From Acidimicrobiia bacterium (GTDB lineage: Bacteria > Actinomycetota > Acidimicrobiia > Spongiisociales > ZC4RG35), in assembly GCA_035620735.1 (NCBI GenBank), contig DASPGH010000051.1, positions 563 to 64,562 of the forward strand: DNA of 64,000 nt, given 5' to 3'. The translations under genes and the position numbers were made by a program. Of the stretch, positions 1-9,807 are shown piece by piece (position 1 is the first letter of the stretch; each line of letters starts with the position of its first letter). Under the pieces are notes generated by a model. The model saw only the letters and a program-made list of their open reading frames with translations, did not search any database and had not been told where the DNA came from.

Positions 1-31
1 CTCGCCCGCACCACCTTTGATCTCGATCTGG

Positions 32-478
32 TCAATCATCGCTCAGTTCCACCAACTCTATGAGAGTGCCGCCGAGGTCTGCCGGGTGGACGAAAGCGAT
101 CCGTGCCCCACGACCCCCGATACGGGGCTCGGTGTCAATGAGTCTTGCCCCGGTTTCTGCGAGATGTGCCAGCGCGTCCTCGATCGAGACCACGGCATAG
201 GCGACGTGATGAAGACCTTCACCCTCGTTCGACAAGAAACGGCCCACGGGGGTTTCAGGACCCAGTGGCTCGACAAGCTGAATGAACGAGCCGCCTACCG
301 GGATCATGGCCTCCTCCACGCCCTGGCTCTCGACCTTCTCCCTGTAGATGGGCTCGACGCGGTACCTCTCCCGGTACCCGGCTAGGGCGGCGTCGAGATC
401 GGCCACGGCAATCGCCACGTGGTCGAGGTTGAGGAGCTTCACGTCTCGGAGCGTATTGCGACAGGAAGAGACTGTCAT
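32..478 (-). CDS. mce: methylmalonyl-CoA epimerase (VOC/glyoxalase fold)
   Basis: 148-aa ORF with two VOC half-domains carrying LDHVAIAV and GLHHVAYAV ligand motifs. Size and sequence are typical of the epimerase. An alternative GTG start lies at 442. Divergent from the thiolase gene. Confidence 0.75.
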   Translation of the reverse strand: MTVSSCRNTLRDVKLLNLDHVAIAVADLDAALAGYRERYRVEPIYREKVESQGVEEAMIPVGGSFIQLVEPLGPETPVGRFLSNEGEGLHHVAYAVVSIEDALAHLAETGARLIDTEPRIGGRGARIAFVHPADLGGTLIELVELSDD

Positions 479-504
479 CTGCGCCCGGTACCATCTGAGG
501 CATC

Positions 505-1689
505 GTGACCAACTCAGTCATCACCGGCATTGCCCGGACTCCGATCGGCCGTTATGGGGGAGTCTTCAAACCCCTCGACGCCATCGATCTCGGAGGTGTC
601 GCCATCGCCTCCGCCGTGAACCGCTCTCAGATCGACCCGTCACTGTTCGACGAGGTCGTCTTCGGCCATGTTCTCCAGGCGGGTACGGGTCAGATCACAT
701 CGCGTCAGGCTGCCGTCAAAGGCGGGCTTCCCATGACCGTCCCCTCGCTGACCGTGAACAAGGTCTGTCTTTCCGGGATGTCCGCCATCGGGCTCGCTGA
801 TCGAGCCGTGATGCTCGGGGACTCCAAGTTCGTGCTCACCGGTGGCATGGAGTCGATGTCCAATGCGCCTCACGTCATCCGCGAACTGCGCTGGGGCGCC
901 CGAATCGGTGATGTCGAAGTGGTCGACGTCATGCAGCACGACGGTCTGTTCTGCGCCTTCGACCAATGCACCATGGGCGAGTCGTCCGATCTCAAGAACG
1001 CACGTCTCGGGATCGAGCGTGGCGAACAGGACGAGTGGGCCGCTCGCAGTCATCAACTCGCGGAGGAAGCCACCCACAACGGCCAGTTCTCCTCCGAGAT
1101 CGCCCCGGTCTCGGTCCCGCAGAGGAAGGGCGATCCGCTCATCGTCACTGAGGACGAGGGGATACGGGCAGGATCGACCGCCGAATCTCTCTCGAATCTT
1201 CCCCCGGCATTCAACGCGGACGGCACCATCACCGCGGGAAATGCCTCTCAGATCTCCGACGGTGCCGCTGCGGTGGTAGTTGCCGACCGCGAGGCCGCCG
1301 AGGCCGCGGGGTCGCCGGTCGTGGCCGAGATCCTCGCCTACGGACAGATCGGTGGTGTCGACGCCACTCTGCACGAGCGACCTGCCGAGGCTCTTCTCGT
1401 AGCTTTGAAGAAGGCGGGTCTCGAGCCCTCCGACCTCGACCTGGTGGAGATCAACGAAGCGTTCGCTGCGGTGTCGCTGTGGTCGGCGCGAATGCTTGAC
1501 ATCCCCGAGTCGAAGGTCAACGTCAACGGTGGCGCCGTTGCCCTCGGGCATCCCCTCGGTGCTACCGGCGCCCGGATCGTGGTCACCCTCGTCAACGCAC
1601 TCCGGCACCGTGGTGGCGGCATCGGAGCGGCCGCCTTGTGCGGCGGCGGCGGGCAAGGTGACGCCATCGTGGTCAAGGTCGAGGGCTGA
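505..1689 (+). CDS. acetyl-CoA acetyltransferase (thiolase)
   Basis: 394-aa ORF with thiolase hallmarks NKVCLSGM (nucleophilic Cys), NEAFAAV, GHPLGATGARI and CGGGGQG. GTG start. Confidence 0.9.
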   Translation: MTNSVITGIARTPIGRYGGVFKPLDAIDLGGVAIASAVNRSQIDPSLFDEVVFGHVLQAGTGQITSRQAAVKGGLPMTVPSLTVNKVCLSGMSAIGLADRAVMLGDSKFVLTGGMESMSNAPHVIRELRWGARIGDVEVVDVMQHDGLFCAFDQCTMGESSDLKNARLGIERGEQDEWAARSHQLAEEATHNGQFSSEIAPVSVPQRKGDPLIVTEDEGIRAGSTAESLSNLPPAFNADGTITAGNASQISDGAAAVVVADREAAEAAGSPVVAEILAYGQIGGVDATLHERPAEALLVALKKAGLEPSDLDLVEINEAFAAVSLWSARMLDIPESKVNVNGGAVALGHPLGATGARIVVTLVNALRHRGGGIGAAALCGGGGQGDAIVVKVEG

Positions 1690-2681
1690 TGGCCGAGCCC
1701 ATCGAACGCAATCTGGGCCTCGACCTGGTCCGGGTCACCGAGACCGCAGCGCTGGGTGCCGCCCGCTGGCTGGGCCGGGGTGACAAACACGAGGTCGACC
1801 AGGCGGCCGTCGACGGCATGCGTCTCCATCTCTCCACGATCGATATCGACGGCCAGGTAGTCATCGGCGAGGGCGAGAAGGACGAGGCGCCGATGCTCTT
1901 CAATGGAGAGCACGTCGGTAACGGGACGGGAATGATCGTCGACGTTGCAGTCGACCCCGTGGACGGCACCGAGCTGACTGCGTCGGGACTGCCCAACGCC
2001 ATCGCTGTGATCGCACTGTCGGAGGGTCGGGGTTCGATGTATGCGCCGGGATCTCTCGTCTACATGGACAAAATCGCGGTCGGCCCCGAGGCGGCAGACG
2101 TCATCGATCTGGAAGCGCCTGTCGCGCACAATCTGAACCAGGTGGCAAAGGCCAATGGCAAGGAGATGAACGACCTGCGCGTGCTCATTCTCGACCGGCC
2201 CCGCAACCGCCACTACATCGAAGAGGCACGAAAAGCAGGGGCCCGGATATCAGTGTTCCGCGACGGCGATGTCGCCGGCGCGATCGCCACTGCCCAGGAG
2301 AGTCACGAAGCCGACATCCTCCTCGGGATCGGAGGCTCCCCCGAAGCAGTGATCGCCGCGGCCGCTTTGCGCTGCGTCGGTGGCGAGATCCAATGTCGGC
2401 TCTGGCCCCGGGACCAGGACGAGGAAGCCTTTGCCCGGGAGGAAGGGCTCGACCTCGACCAGGTGCTGACGAGCGCCGACCTCGTCGACTCGAACAACAT
2501 CTTCTTCGCCGCTACCGGAGTCACCAACGGCGAGTTCCTCAAAGGGGTCAACTACCGGGGTGAGGAGCGAGCCGTCACCCATTCGGTGATCATGCGATCA
2601 AAGACCGGGTCGATCCGCTACATGACCGCGGTCCACAACCTGGAGCGGCTGCGGGCGATCTCGAGCGTCACGGTCGACTGA
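1689..2681 (+). CDS. glpX: fructose-1,6-bisphosphatase class II
   Basis: 330-aa ORF. The N-terminus LGLDLVRVTETAALGAARWLGRGDK and the length match GlpX-type FBPase. The ATG overlaps the thiolase stop (TGATG). Confidence 0.88.
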   Translation: MAEPIERNLGLDLVRVTETAALGAARWLGRGDKHEVDQAAVDGMRLHLSTIDIDGQVVIGEGEKDEAPMLFNGEHVGNGTGMIVDVAVDPVDGTELTASGLPNAIAVIALSEGRGSMYAPGSLVYMDKIAVGPEAADVIDLEAPVAHNLNQVAKANGKEMNDLRVLILDRPRNRHYIEEARKAGARISVFRDGDVAGAIATAQESHEADILLGIGGSPEAVIAAAALRCVGGEIQCRLWPRDQDEEAFAREEGLDLDQVLTSADLVDSNNIFFAATGVTNGEFLKGVNYRGEERAVTHSVIMRSKTGSIRYMTAVHNLERLRAISSVTVD

Positions 2682-2850
2682 GATAGCCCGCGAACCCTGG
2701 GTTGCAGACACCGCTCAGCCAAGCCTGGAACCCCGGGTACGCGATTACCAAGCGTTTGCACACACCCGGTCCGACCTGTCGGTAGGGTGCCCCCCACCCC
2801 TTCAGGAGGAAGCGACGACAAGCCAGACCGGGAGCAACGAGGTAGGGCCG

Positions 2851-3420
2851 GTGTTCAGCGCCCTGCTGGCCTATCAGAAGTGGGCTGACGCGTTCTCGGA
2901 GTGGACCGGGAGAATCGCCGCCTGGGTGGTCATCCCCACGGTTGCCATTGGTTTCTTGAACGTGCTCCTGCGCTACTCGGGCCAGTTGATGGGTCGCCGT
3001 CTGACCTCCAACGCCATCATCGAGCTCCAGCTCTACCTGTACGGGTCGATCTTCCTGCTCGGGTTCGCCTACGTGCTCAAACATCAGATCAACGTTCGGG
3101 TCGACTTCTGGTACGCCAACCAGCCTGTCTCCCGGAGAGCCTGGATCGACTTCTGGGGAAACTGGATCGCATTGGTCCCCTTCTGCATCATCGGGATGTG
3201 GGTCTCCTTCCCTCAGGCCTGGCAGTCGATCAGCGTCTGGGAGATGTCACCGGACGCCAACGGTCTTCCCAGGGGACCGATCAAGGCCCTCGTCGCCATG
3301 GCCTTCCTGTTGCTGTTCCTCCAGGCCATCTCCGAGCAGATAAAGCTCTATGCGGTGCTGACCTCTCGTGGTGACCTGGTCCACTACGAAGAGGCCCACG
3401 AGCATCTGAGGATCGAGTAG
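2851..3420 (+). CDS. dctQ: TRAP transporter small permease subunit
   Basis: 189-aa hydrophobic ORF with about 4 TM segments, ending 6 nt before the DctM-type gene. GTG start. Confidence 0.8.
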   Translation: MFSALLAYQKWADAFSEWTGRIAAWVVIPTVAIGFLNVLLRYSGQLMGRRLTSNAIIELQLYLYGSIFLLGFAYVLKHQINVRVDFWYANQPVSRRAWIDFWGNWIALVPFCIIGMWVSFPQAWQSISVWEMSPDANGLPRGPIKALVAMAFLLLFLQAISEQIKLYAVLTSRGDLVHYEEAHEHLRIE

Positions 3421-3426
3421 GGAACG

Positions 3427-4815
3427 ATGAGTCTCGAGCTCCTCGCCATCATCATGTTCGCCGTCTTCTTGGTGATCATCCTCAGCGGCTATCCGGTGGC
3501 GTTCTCCTTCGCAGGCACGGCGATAATCTTCTTCTTGCTCGGTGTCGTCTTCGGCGACCTGTCGTTTCGTTCCCTGAACATCCTGTTCAGCCAGTGGTTC
3601 GCCAATTCGGTCAACAACTTCACCTTCCTGGCCATCCCCTTCTTCGTGTTCATGGGAGCCGTTTTCGAAAAGGCCGGCCTGGCCGAGAAACTGCTTACGA
3701 CGATCGGGCTTCTCATGGGCCCGCTCCGGGGTGGCATGGCCGTGGCGGTTGTGTTCGTCGGAACCCTGCTGGCGGCAGCCACCGGTGTCGTCGCCGCCAC
3801 CGTCATAGTCATGGGTCTGCTCGCCCTGCCGGTGATGATGAAGTACAACTACGACCCCAAGCTGGCCTCCGGGGTCATCGTCGGCTCTGGCACGCTGGCC
3901 CAGCTGATCCCACCAAGCCTGGTCCTCATCGTTCTAGCCCAGTTCATCCCCGTTTCAGTCGGCGAGCTCTTTGCCGGTGCGCTGATCCCGGGGATCATGC
4001 TGGCGTTGATCTTCGCCATCTATGCGGTGGTGATTGCCTACGTGAAACCGGGAACGGCGCCGGCCATACCCAAAGAGGAACGCACCATGAGCGGGGGCGA
4101 GTTGGCGCTCGAGTCGCTGAAGGTCGTCGTCCCACCCCTCTTCATGATCTTTGCAGTGCTCGGATCGATCTTCGCCGGGATCGCCACTGCGTCCGAGGCT
4201 GGAGCCGTCGGCGCCGTCGGCGCAGTCCTGCTCTCGATCGTCTACCGCAACTACAGCTGGAAGATGATCCTCGACGCCGCTCGTTCCACTGCGAACATCA
4301 CGGGTCTTGTACTGCAGATCCTGTTCGCATCGACGTTCTTTGCCCTCGTCTTCAACCAGCTCAACGGTCAGGACCTGATCACCGACTGGCTGACCGCCAT
4401 CCCCGGCGGGCTTTGGGGATTCATCATCGTGGCCAACATCGTCGTTTTCTTGTTGGGCATCAACCTCGAGTTCCTCGAGATCTCCTTCATCGTCATGCCT
4501 CTGTTCGTGCCCGCTGCCACCGAACTGGGCATCACAGGTCCGCTGATGGTCTGGTTCGCAGTGATGATGGCCATCAATCTCAACATGGCCTTCATCTCGC
4601 CGCCGGTCGGATTCTCCCTGTTCTACCTGCAATCGGTGGCCCCGCCGGAGGTGAAGACCAGCGACATCCACCGAGGTGCCCTACCGTTCATGGGTCTGCA
4701 GACAGTGGGCTTGATCATCGTCATGATCTGGCCGGAGACGGTCACGTGGCTGGTCGACCAGTTCTTCGGGGACGAGGCACCGCTCGAGGCAGTCAGACTC
4801 GTATTCATGTCGTGA
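3427..4815 (+). CDS. dctM: TRAP transporter large permease subunit
   Basis: 462-aa polytopic membrane ORF with DctM-family layout, immediately after dctQ. The 408-aa ORF in another frame (3594..4820) is an Arg/Pro/Gly-rich shadow. Confidence 0.9.
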   Translation: MSLELLAIIMFAVFLVIILSGYPVAFSFAGTAIIFFLLGVVFGDLSFRSLNILFSQWFANSVNNFTFLAIPFFVFMGAVFEKAGLAEKLLTTIGLLMGPLRGGMAVAVVFVGTLLAAATGVVAATVIVMGLLALPVMMKYNYDPKLASGVIVGSGTLAQLIPPSLVLIVLAQFIPVSVGELFAGALIPGIMLALIFAIYAVVIAYVKPGTAPAIPKEERTMSGGELALESLKVVVPPLFMIFAVLGSIFAGIATASEAGAVGAVGAVLLSIVYRNYSWKMILDAARSTANITGLVLQILFASTFFALVFNQLNGQDLITDWLTAIPGGLWGFIIVANIVVFLLGINLEFLEISFIVMPLFVPAATELGITGPLMVWFAVMMAINLNMAFISPPVGFSLFYLQSVAPPEVKTSDIHRGALPFMGLQTVGLIIVMIWPETVTWLVDQFFGDEAPLEAVRLVFMS

Positions 4816-4820
4816 CGTGA

Positions 4821-4848
4821 GAGGGCCCCGCCACATGGCGGGGCCCTC
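4821..4848. terminator. bidirectional stem-loop between convergent dctM and dctP
   Basis: Perfect 12-bp GC-rich stem, GAGGGCCCCGCC acat GGCGGGGCCCTC, placed 6 nt after the dctM stop and 21 nt after the dctP stop. Confidence 0.65.
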
Positions 4849-4868
4849 CAATCTTTGGAACGGTCCCT

Positions 4869-6017
4869 TTACTCGCCGGAAGAGGCGATGAAGTCGAGAT
4901 ACGAAGTCTCGGCAATCGCGAACCAGGGGTGAACCTGACTGCGGAAGTTGTTCCAGTGCTCGTACACCGAGGCAAAGTCGGTGTTGGAGGCCGCGTTGTC
5001 CTCGTTGATCTGGTTGGCCGCATCTGCAGCCGCCTGCATCACGTCGTCCGGATATGGCAACACGGTCACGCTCGAGTTGGCCAGGATGTCCTGGTACGCC
5101 TCGGGGTTCTTGGCGTCATAGGCTGCCATCATGCTGGTGTTTGCCTCGAACGCCGCCGTCTTGATGATCTCCTGATACACCTCGGGGAGAGCGTTCCACT
5201 TCTCCAACGGGATCTGGACTTCGAGTGTCGGGCCCGGCTCCCACCACCCTGGGTGGTAGTAGAAGTCGGCGACGTCCTGGAATCCCAGAACACTGTCGTC
5301 GTATGGGCCGACCCACTCGGCGGCGTCGACCGCACCGGTCTGCAACGCCTGGAAGATCTCGCCGCCGGCGATGACCTGCACGGTGACACCGAGCTCGGTC
5401 ATCACGGCGCCACCCAGCCCCGGGATCCTCATCACGAGGCCCTGGAGGTCTGAAAGCGAGGTCAGCTCGACGTTGAACCAACCGCCCATCTGCACACCGG
5501 TGTTCCCTGCGGGGAACTGAATGGCGTTGAAGCGGTCGGCGTAGAACTCCTGCATCAACTCGAGGCCACCTGCCTCATAGAGCCACGCATTGTTCTGGCG
5601 AGCGGTGAGGCCAAAGGGCACGGCTGTGCCGAAGGCCGTGGTCGGATCCAATCCGACGTAGTAGTACGACGCGGTGTGGCCGGCATCGATCGAGTTGGTC
5701 TCGACGTTCTGCAGGATCTCCAAGGCCGGCACGACTTCGCCGCCAGGCTGGGCCGTCATCATGAAACGGCCACCGGTCATCGCCGACACGCGATCGGCAA
5801 AGGTCTCGGCGCCCCCGAAGATCGTGTCCAGTGACGTTGGCCAGCTGGTGGCGATCTCCCACTCCATCTCGGGGAGACTGGAGTCTCCGGCTGCTTCGTC
5901 GACCGCGGGGTCACCCGATGAGCACGCGGCGAGAGCCGCAGCCCCCAGCGCACCCATCGACGCCATCTTGAGAAACTGCCTTCGCTCCATCATCTTGGCG
6001 TACTGCTGTTTGTTCAT
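4869..6017 (-). CDS. dctP: TRAP transporter substrate-binding lipoprotein (DctP family)
   Basis: ORF 4869..6047. ATG 6017 is preceded by GGAAGGAGGAG. It has an RRQFLK twin-arginine motif followed by an LAACS lipobox, and the mature part looks like a family-7 solute-binding protein. Confidence 0.85.
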   Translation of the reverse strand: MNKQQYAKMMERRQFLKMASMGALGAAALAACSSGDPAVDEAAGDSSLPEMEWEIATSWPTSLDTIFGGAETFADRVSAMTGGRFMMTAQPGGEVVPALEILQNVETNSIDAGHTASYYYVGLDPTTAFGTAVPFGLTARQNNAWLYEAGGLELMQEFYADRFNAIQFPAGNTGVQMGGWFNVELTSLSDLQGLVMRIPGLGGAVMTELGVTVQVIAGGEIFQALQTGAVDAAEWVGPYDDSVLGFQDVADFYYHPGWWEPGPTLEVQIPLEKWNALPEVYQEIIKTAAFEANTSMMAAYDAKNPEAYQDILANSSVTVLPYPDDVMQAAADAANQINEDNAASNTDFASVYEHWNNFRSQVHPWFAIAETSYLDFIASSGE

Positions 6018-6156
6018 GCTCCTCCTTCCAGGGCAGGACCCACGCAACAGTACGCGCGAAGGTCCAGGCAGTGACGACTCAGCCAGGTAATTGTTCGCGA
6101 ACCCGTATTCCGGAACGGGTATTGCCCGGTCGACAACCCCGGGTTCGGGGTGGTCG

Positions 6157-6753
6157 TCACAGCTCGGAGCGTCCGAGCAGAGCCCGCCCCAGAGTCAGCT
6201 CATCGGCGTAGTCCAGGTCTCCACCCACGGGGAGACCCGAGGCGAGACGAGTGACACGCAGGCCCAGGGGTTTGAACTCCCGGGCGATGTACATGGCGGT
6301 GGCATCCCCTTCGACGGTCGGGTTCGTGGCCACGATGAGCTCTTTGATGCCCTCCGGCTCCAGTCGTCTCCCCAGCTCCTCGAAACGGAGTTGGCCGGGC
6401 CCGATGCCATTGATCGGAGACAACGAGCCACCCAAAACGTGGTATCGACCGCGGAACTCCTGGGTCCGCTCCACGACAACGATGTCTTGGGGCCGCTCCA
6501 CCACGCAGACGACGCTGTCGTCGCGTCTCACGTCGCGACAGATGGCACAGAGATCTCCCGCCGCCACGTTGAAGCAACGCTCGCACTGCGACACCTGATC
6601 CCGCATGTCCGATATGGCCGAGGCGAGACGTCGCGCGTCGGCTTCTTCCACCGTGAGCAGGTGAAAAGCCAAGCGCTGTGCTGACTTGCCACCGATCCCT
6701 GGAAGACGGCTCAGCTCGTCGATGAGACGCTGGACCGGACCTTCGAACGTCAA
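6157..6753 (-). CDS. recR: recombination protein RecR
   Basis: 198 aa with a Cys4 zinc finger ([16 protein letters not shown]) and a Toprim-like C-terminal half. 4-nt overlap with ybaB. Confidence 0.95.
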   Translation of the reverse strand: MTFEGPVQRLIDELSRLPGIGGKSAQRLAFHLLTVEEADARRLASAISDMRDQVSQCERCFNVAAGDLCAICRDVRRDDSVVCVVERPQDIVVVERTQEFRGRYHVLGGSLSPINGIGPGQLRFEELGRRLEPEGIKELIVATNPTVEGDATAMYIAREFKPLGLRVTRLASGLPVGGDLDYADELTLGRALLGRSEL

Positions 6754-7067
6754 CCGAGAAGACCGCCGAGACCGCCGGTGATTCCCCCCAACTCCTCGTT
6801 GGTCGTCTTCACCGCTTCTTCCATGGCTTGACGCACAGCGGCGACGACGAGATCTTCGAGCATCTCCACGTCGTCGGGGTCGACCACATCTGGTGAGATC
6901 TTCACCTCGACCAGTTCGGGTCCTCCGGTCACGGTGGCAGTGACCATCCCCCCTCCGGCAGAGCCCTCGAAACGACGATCAGCCAACTCGGCCTGGGTCC
7001 GCGCAAGTTGCTCCTGCATCTGCTGGGCCTGTTTCATGATCTGGCGCATGTCCGGCTGACGATTCAT
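6750..7067 (-). CDS. ybaB: nucleoid-associated protein YbaB/EbfC
   Basis: 105 aa with the pattern [11 protein letters not shown]...[11 protein letters not shown]. It sits in the canonical position between dnaX and recR. Confidence 0.9.
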   Translation of the reverse strand: MNRQPDMRQIMKQAQQMQEQLARTQAELADRRFEGSAGGGMVTATVTGGPELVEVKISPDVVDPDDVEMLEDLVVAAVRQAMEEAVKTTNEELGGITGGLGGLLG

Positions 7068-7111
7068 GGTCTCAACGTATCAGGTATGGGGCATCAGACA
7101 TCATGACCCGA

Positions 7112-8839
7112 TCAGTCGTCGACGACACGGGCGCCCAGCTCTGATTCGAGCAAGGAGGTCGGATCCTTGTCGGTTTGGGGTCGCTCTTCGAGATCTGTCA
7201 GGTCGAGCTCTTCATCGCCGGTGCCATCGCCGGCGTCGTTCCTCAGGCGAAACTTGACCTTCACCTGCCCACCGAGGAGATCACTCGCCTTGGCCGCCAC
7301 TATGGGTGCAACGGCATCGTCCTGCTCGAGTGAACTGAGATGGAAGTCGTGGGCGACCTCGAGGATGATGGTGTTGCCCTCGACATCGCCGGGAATGGCC
7401 TCCCGGAAGAACGCCCAGCGCCGGGCTCCGAGCAGGTCTCTCAGGCCCCCGAAGAGACCCGGCCATACCTTCTGCAGCTGCTCGAACGTGATGTCGATCT
7501 TCGGTGCCTGCGGAGTGGTCTCCTCCGGGCTGTCGGATACCAATGGCGCGGCAGCCTTGGCCAACTCGTCCTGGCTGTTCGCGGTGGCTGCCGCCGGTTC
7601 CGCCGACCCGGCATCCTGGTCTTCGATCGCGGTTTCGCGGATTGATGCCGTGATGCCGGGTTGGGCTGCGACCGGCTCACCTGGCTTTCCCATCCGCCGC
7701 TCCAGACGATCCATCCGAGAGATGAGGGCCTGGGGGTCGGTGGCGGTCTCGGGTCGGGTCAGCTTGATGATGGCGAGCTCGGTCATCAGCCGTTCTTCCC
7801 TCCCCTCACGCAACCTCACAAGGGCCTCCGACAGCAAGTCGACCCCGCGCAGGACGTCGTTCGCCGTGACCAACTCGGCCGCCTTGCGCCACGACTCGTA
7901 GACCTCGGGGGGTTCGTCGGCGATCTCGGCCAGGTTGGGGGCGTAGTGAGCGAGAAAGACGCCGCGGAAGAACCCGATCGCCTCGGAGACAAAACGACGC
8001 AGATCCACCCCCGTGGCGGCGAGCTCCGCCACCAGCTCGAGACCTGCCTTGGCATCCTGGGCGGCAAGAGCCTCGGCGAGTCGTGAGAACGCCTCGGAGT
8101 CGGCGAGCCCGAGGGCCCGCCGCACCCCGCCGACGTCGGCGGTGCCCGAGCCGAGGGCGGCAACCTGCTCGAGGAGGGACAGCGAGTCACGCACCGAGCC
8201 CCCGGCATGCCGGGAGATGGCTATGAGGGCAGTCGGGTCGGTCTTGTATCCCTCCCGGTCGGCAATGGTGCTCAGGTACCCGGCAAGCTCCTCGACCGGG
8301 ACCGGGTGGAAATCGAACCGCTGCGTCCTGCTCCTTATGGTGTCCAGCAGCTTGTAGGGCTCGGTGGTGGCCAGAACGAAATAGACGTGCTCGGGGGGCT
8401 CCTCGAGCGTCTTCAGCAGTGCGTTGCCCGCCGCCTTCGACAGCATGTGCGCCTCGTCGAGGACGAAGACTCGTTTCGAGGTCGCCGCCGACGCCACGGT
8501 GGTGACACTCAGCTTGATGTCCCTGATGTCGTCGACCGAGTTGTGCGAGGCGGCGTCGAGCTCCATGACATCGAGGCTGTTGCCTTCGGTGATGGAGACA
8601 CAACTCCCACAGACCCCACAAGGTGATCCGTCACTGTTTCGGTTCTCGCAGTTCAGCGCCTTGGCCAGGATGCGGGCGGTGGTGGTCTTTCCGGTGCCAC
8701 GCGGGCCCGTGAACAGGTAGGCATGAGCCACGCGCTCGTCGGCCACCTCGCGGGCCAGGGTGGTGGTCACGTGGGCTTGCCCGATGACGTCGTCGAAGTT
8801 CTGGGGACGGTATTTGCGGTAGAGAGCCTGATACTGCAC
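7112..8839 (-). CDS. dnaX: DNA polymerase III subunit gamma/tau
   Basis: ORF 7112..8962. GTG 8839, preceded by GGAGAG, gives the canonical N-terminus VQYQALYRKYRPQNFDDVIGQ. It carries Walker A GPRGTGKTT, a Cys zinc module CGVCGSC and VFVLDEAHML. Confidence 0.9.
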   Translation of the reverse strand: MQYQALYRKYRPQNFDDVIGQAHVTTTLAREVADERVAHAYLFTGPRGTGKTTTARILAKALNCENRNSDGSPCGVCGSCVSITEGNSLDVMELDAASHNSVDDIRDIKLSVTTVASAATSKRVFVLDEAHMLSKAAGNALLKTLEEPPEHVYFVLATTEPYKLLDTIRSRTQRFDFHPVPVEELAGYLSTIADREGYKTDPTALIAISRHAGGSVRDSLSLLEQVAALGSGTADVGGVRRALGLADSEAFSRLAEALAAQDAKAGLELVAELAATGVDLRRFVSEAIGFFRGVFLAHYAPNLAEIADEPPEVYESWRKAAELVTANDVLRGVDLLSEALVRLREGREERLMTELAIIKLTRPETATDPQALISRMDRLERRMGKPGEPVAAQPGITASIRETAIEDQDAGSAEPAAATANSQDELAKAAAPLVSDSPEETTPQAPKIDITFEQLQKVWPGLFGGLRDLLGARRWAFFREAIPGDVEGNTIILEVAHDFHLSSLEQDDAVAPIVAAKASDLLGGQVKVKFRLRNDAGDGTGDEELDLTDLEERPQTDKDPTSLLESELGARVVDD

Positions 8840-8964
8840 GTGGCTCTCCACGGTACAGGCTGGGAATGACTGATTCACCCCCGTCGCAAGATGAGCGGAT
8901 TCGGGTCGCATATGGCCTGAGGAACCCCGGGTTCGTGTATGGAGAGACGGCGTCTGCTTCATTT

Positions 8965-9807
8965 ATGCGGGTGACCCGTCGATACTTCAGCGCAGTGACT
9001 CAGTCCCTGACCGATAACCCTTCGCTCGACCACGCCCAAACCCGACCGGCCGTGTGGTCGCGCGGCTTGGTGCGCAAGTTTGGAAAGACCACCGCCGTGG
9101 ACGAGGTCGACCTGACCATCATGCCCGGAGAGTTCTATGGCCTCCTCGGCCAGAACGGGGCGGGGAAGACCACGACCATCAAATGCATCGTGGGTCTGCT
9201 TCGACCCAATGCCGGAGCCGTCGGCATCGGGGAGTTCGACACGTGGAAGTCTCCGACGGAGGTCAAGGCCCGCATAGGCGTTCTTCCCGAGGAGTTCAAC
9301 CTGTATGAGCGTCTCACCGGCGCCGAACTGCTCGACTTCACCGCGGCCATGCATGGTCTGGACCGCTCCGAGGCCCTGAAACGACGTGGCGAGCTGCTGG
9401 AGATGCTCGACCTGAGCGCAGCCGGGTCGAAGTTGATCGGTGACTACTCCCGGGGAATGCGCAAGAAGGTCGCACTTGGGGCGGCGATCATCCACAAGCC
9501 ACCGGTGCTCTTTCTCGACGAGCCGTTCGAGGGTGTTGACGCGGTCTCGGCCCGACTGATTCGGAATCTCCTGCAGCAGGCCGCGGCCGGTGGCACAACC
9601 ATCGTCTTCTCCTCCCACGAGATGCATCTCGTCGAGAAGCTCTGCACCCGGATCGGGATCATGGTCGATGGCCGTCTCACCATCGAGGAGACTCCTGAAG
9701 GTCTGTGCAGGATCACCGGCAAGGAGACCGTCGAGGATGCGTTCATCGCGGCCGTCGGCGGGGAAGGGGTCGACCAGCTGTCGTGGTACGAAACCTCGTC
9801 GGACTGA
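8965..9807 (+). CDS. ABC transporter ATP-binding protein (ABC-2 exporter type)
   Basis: Walker A GQNGAGKTT, signature YSRGMRKK and Walker B VLFLDEP. The ORF opens at 8866. Third-position GC favours ATG 8965, and GTG 9052 is also possible. Confidence 0.85.
   Translation: MRVTRRYFSAVTQSLTDNPSLDHAQTRPAVWSRGLVRKFGKTTAVDEVDLTIMPGEFYGLLGQNGAGKTTTIKCIVGLLRPNAGAVGIGEFDTWKSPTEVKARIGVLPEEFNLYERLTGAELLDFTAAMHGLDRSEALKRRGELLEMLDLSAAGSKLIGDYSRGMRKKVALGAAIIHKPPVLFLDEPFEGVDAVSARLIRNLLQQAAAGGTTIVFSSHEMHLVEKLCTRIGIMVDGRLTIEETPEGLCRITGKETVEDAFIAAVGGEGVDQLSWYETSSD

Noticed and set aside
3594-4820. Many very long alternative-frame or antisense ORFs. Examples are 3594..4820 (408 aa), 9968..11389 (473 aa), 19074..20306 (410 aa), 41834..43096 (420 aa), 31641..32807, 43285..44331, 47280..48509, 48314..49948 (544 aa) and 63132..63938.
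   Set aside because: All are Arg/Pro/Gly/His-rich and lack recognisable motifs. Each lies entirely inside or opposite a gene with clear family signatures and better third-position GC. They are typical shadow ORFs of high-GC DNA.
7112-8839. A programmed ribosomal frameshift site (A AAA AAG type) in dnaX producing a short gamma subunit.
   Set aside because: I saw no A-rich slippery heptamer on the coding strand of this GC-rich gene.
8840-8964. Expected SRP (4.5S/ffs) RNA upstream of dnaX, as in many Actinobacteria.
   Set aside because: I read both strands of 8840-9051 and could not find the conserved helix-8 core (CAGGxCCGGAAGGxAGCA with a GNAR loop). Only loose resemblance exists, such as GAAGCAGAC. 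The region is more likely a divergent promoter. A cmsearch with the Rfam SRP model would settle it.
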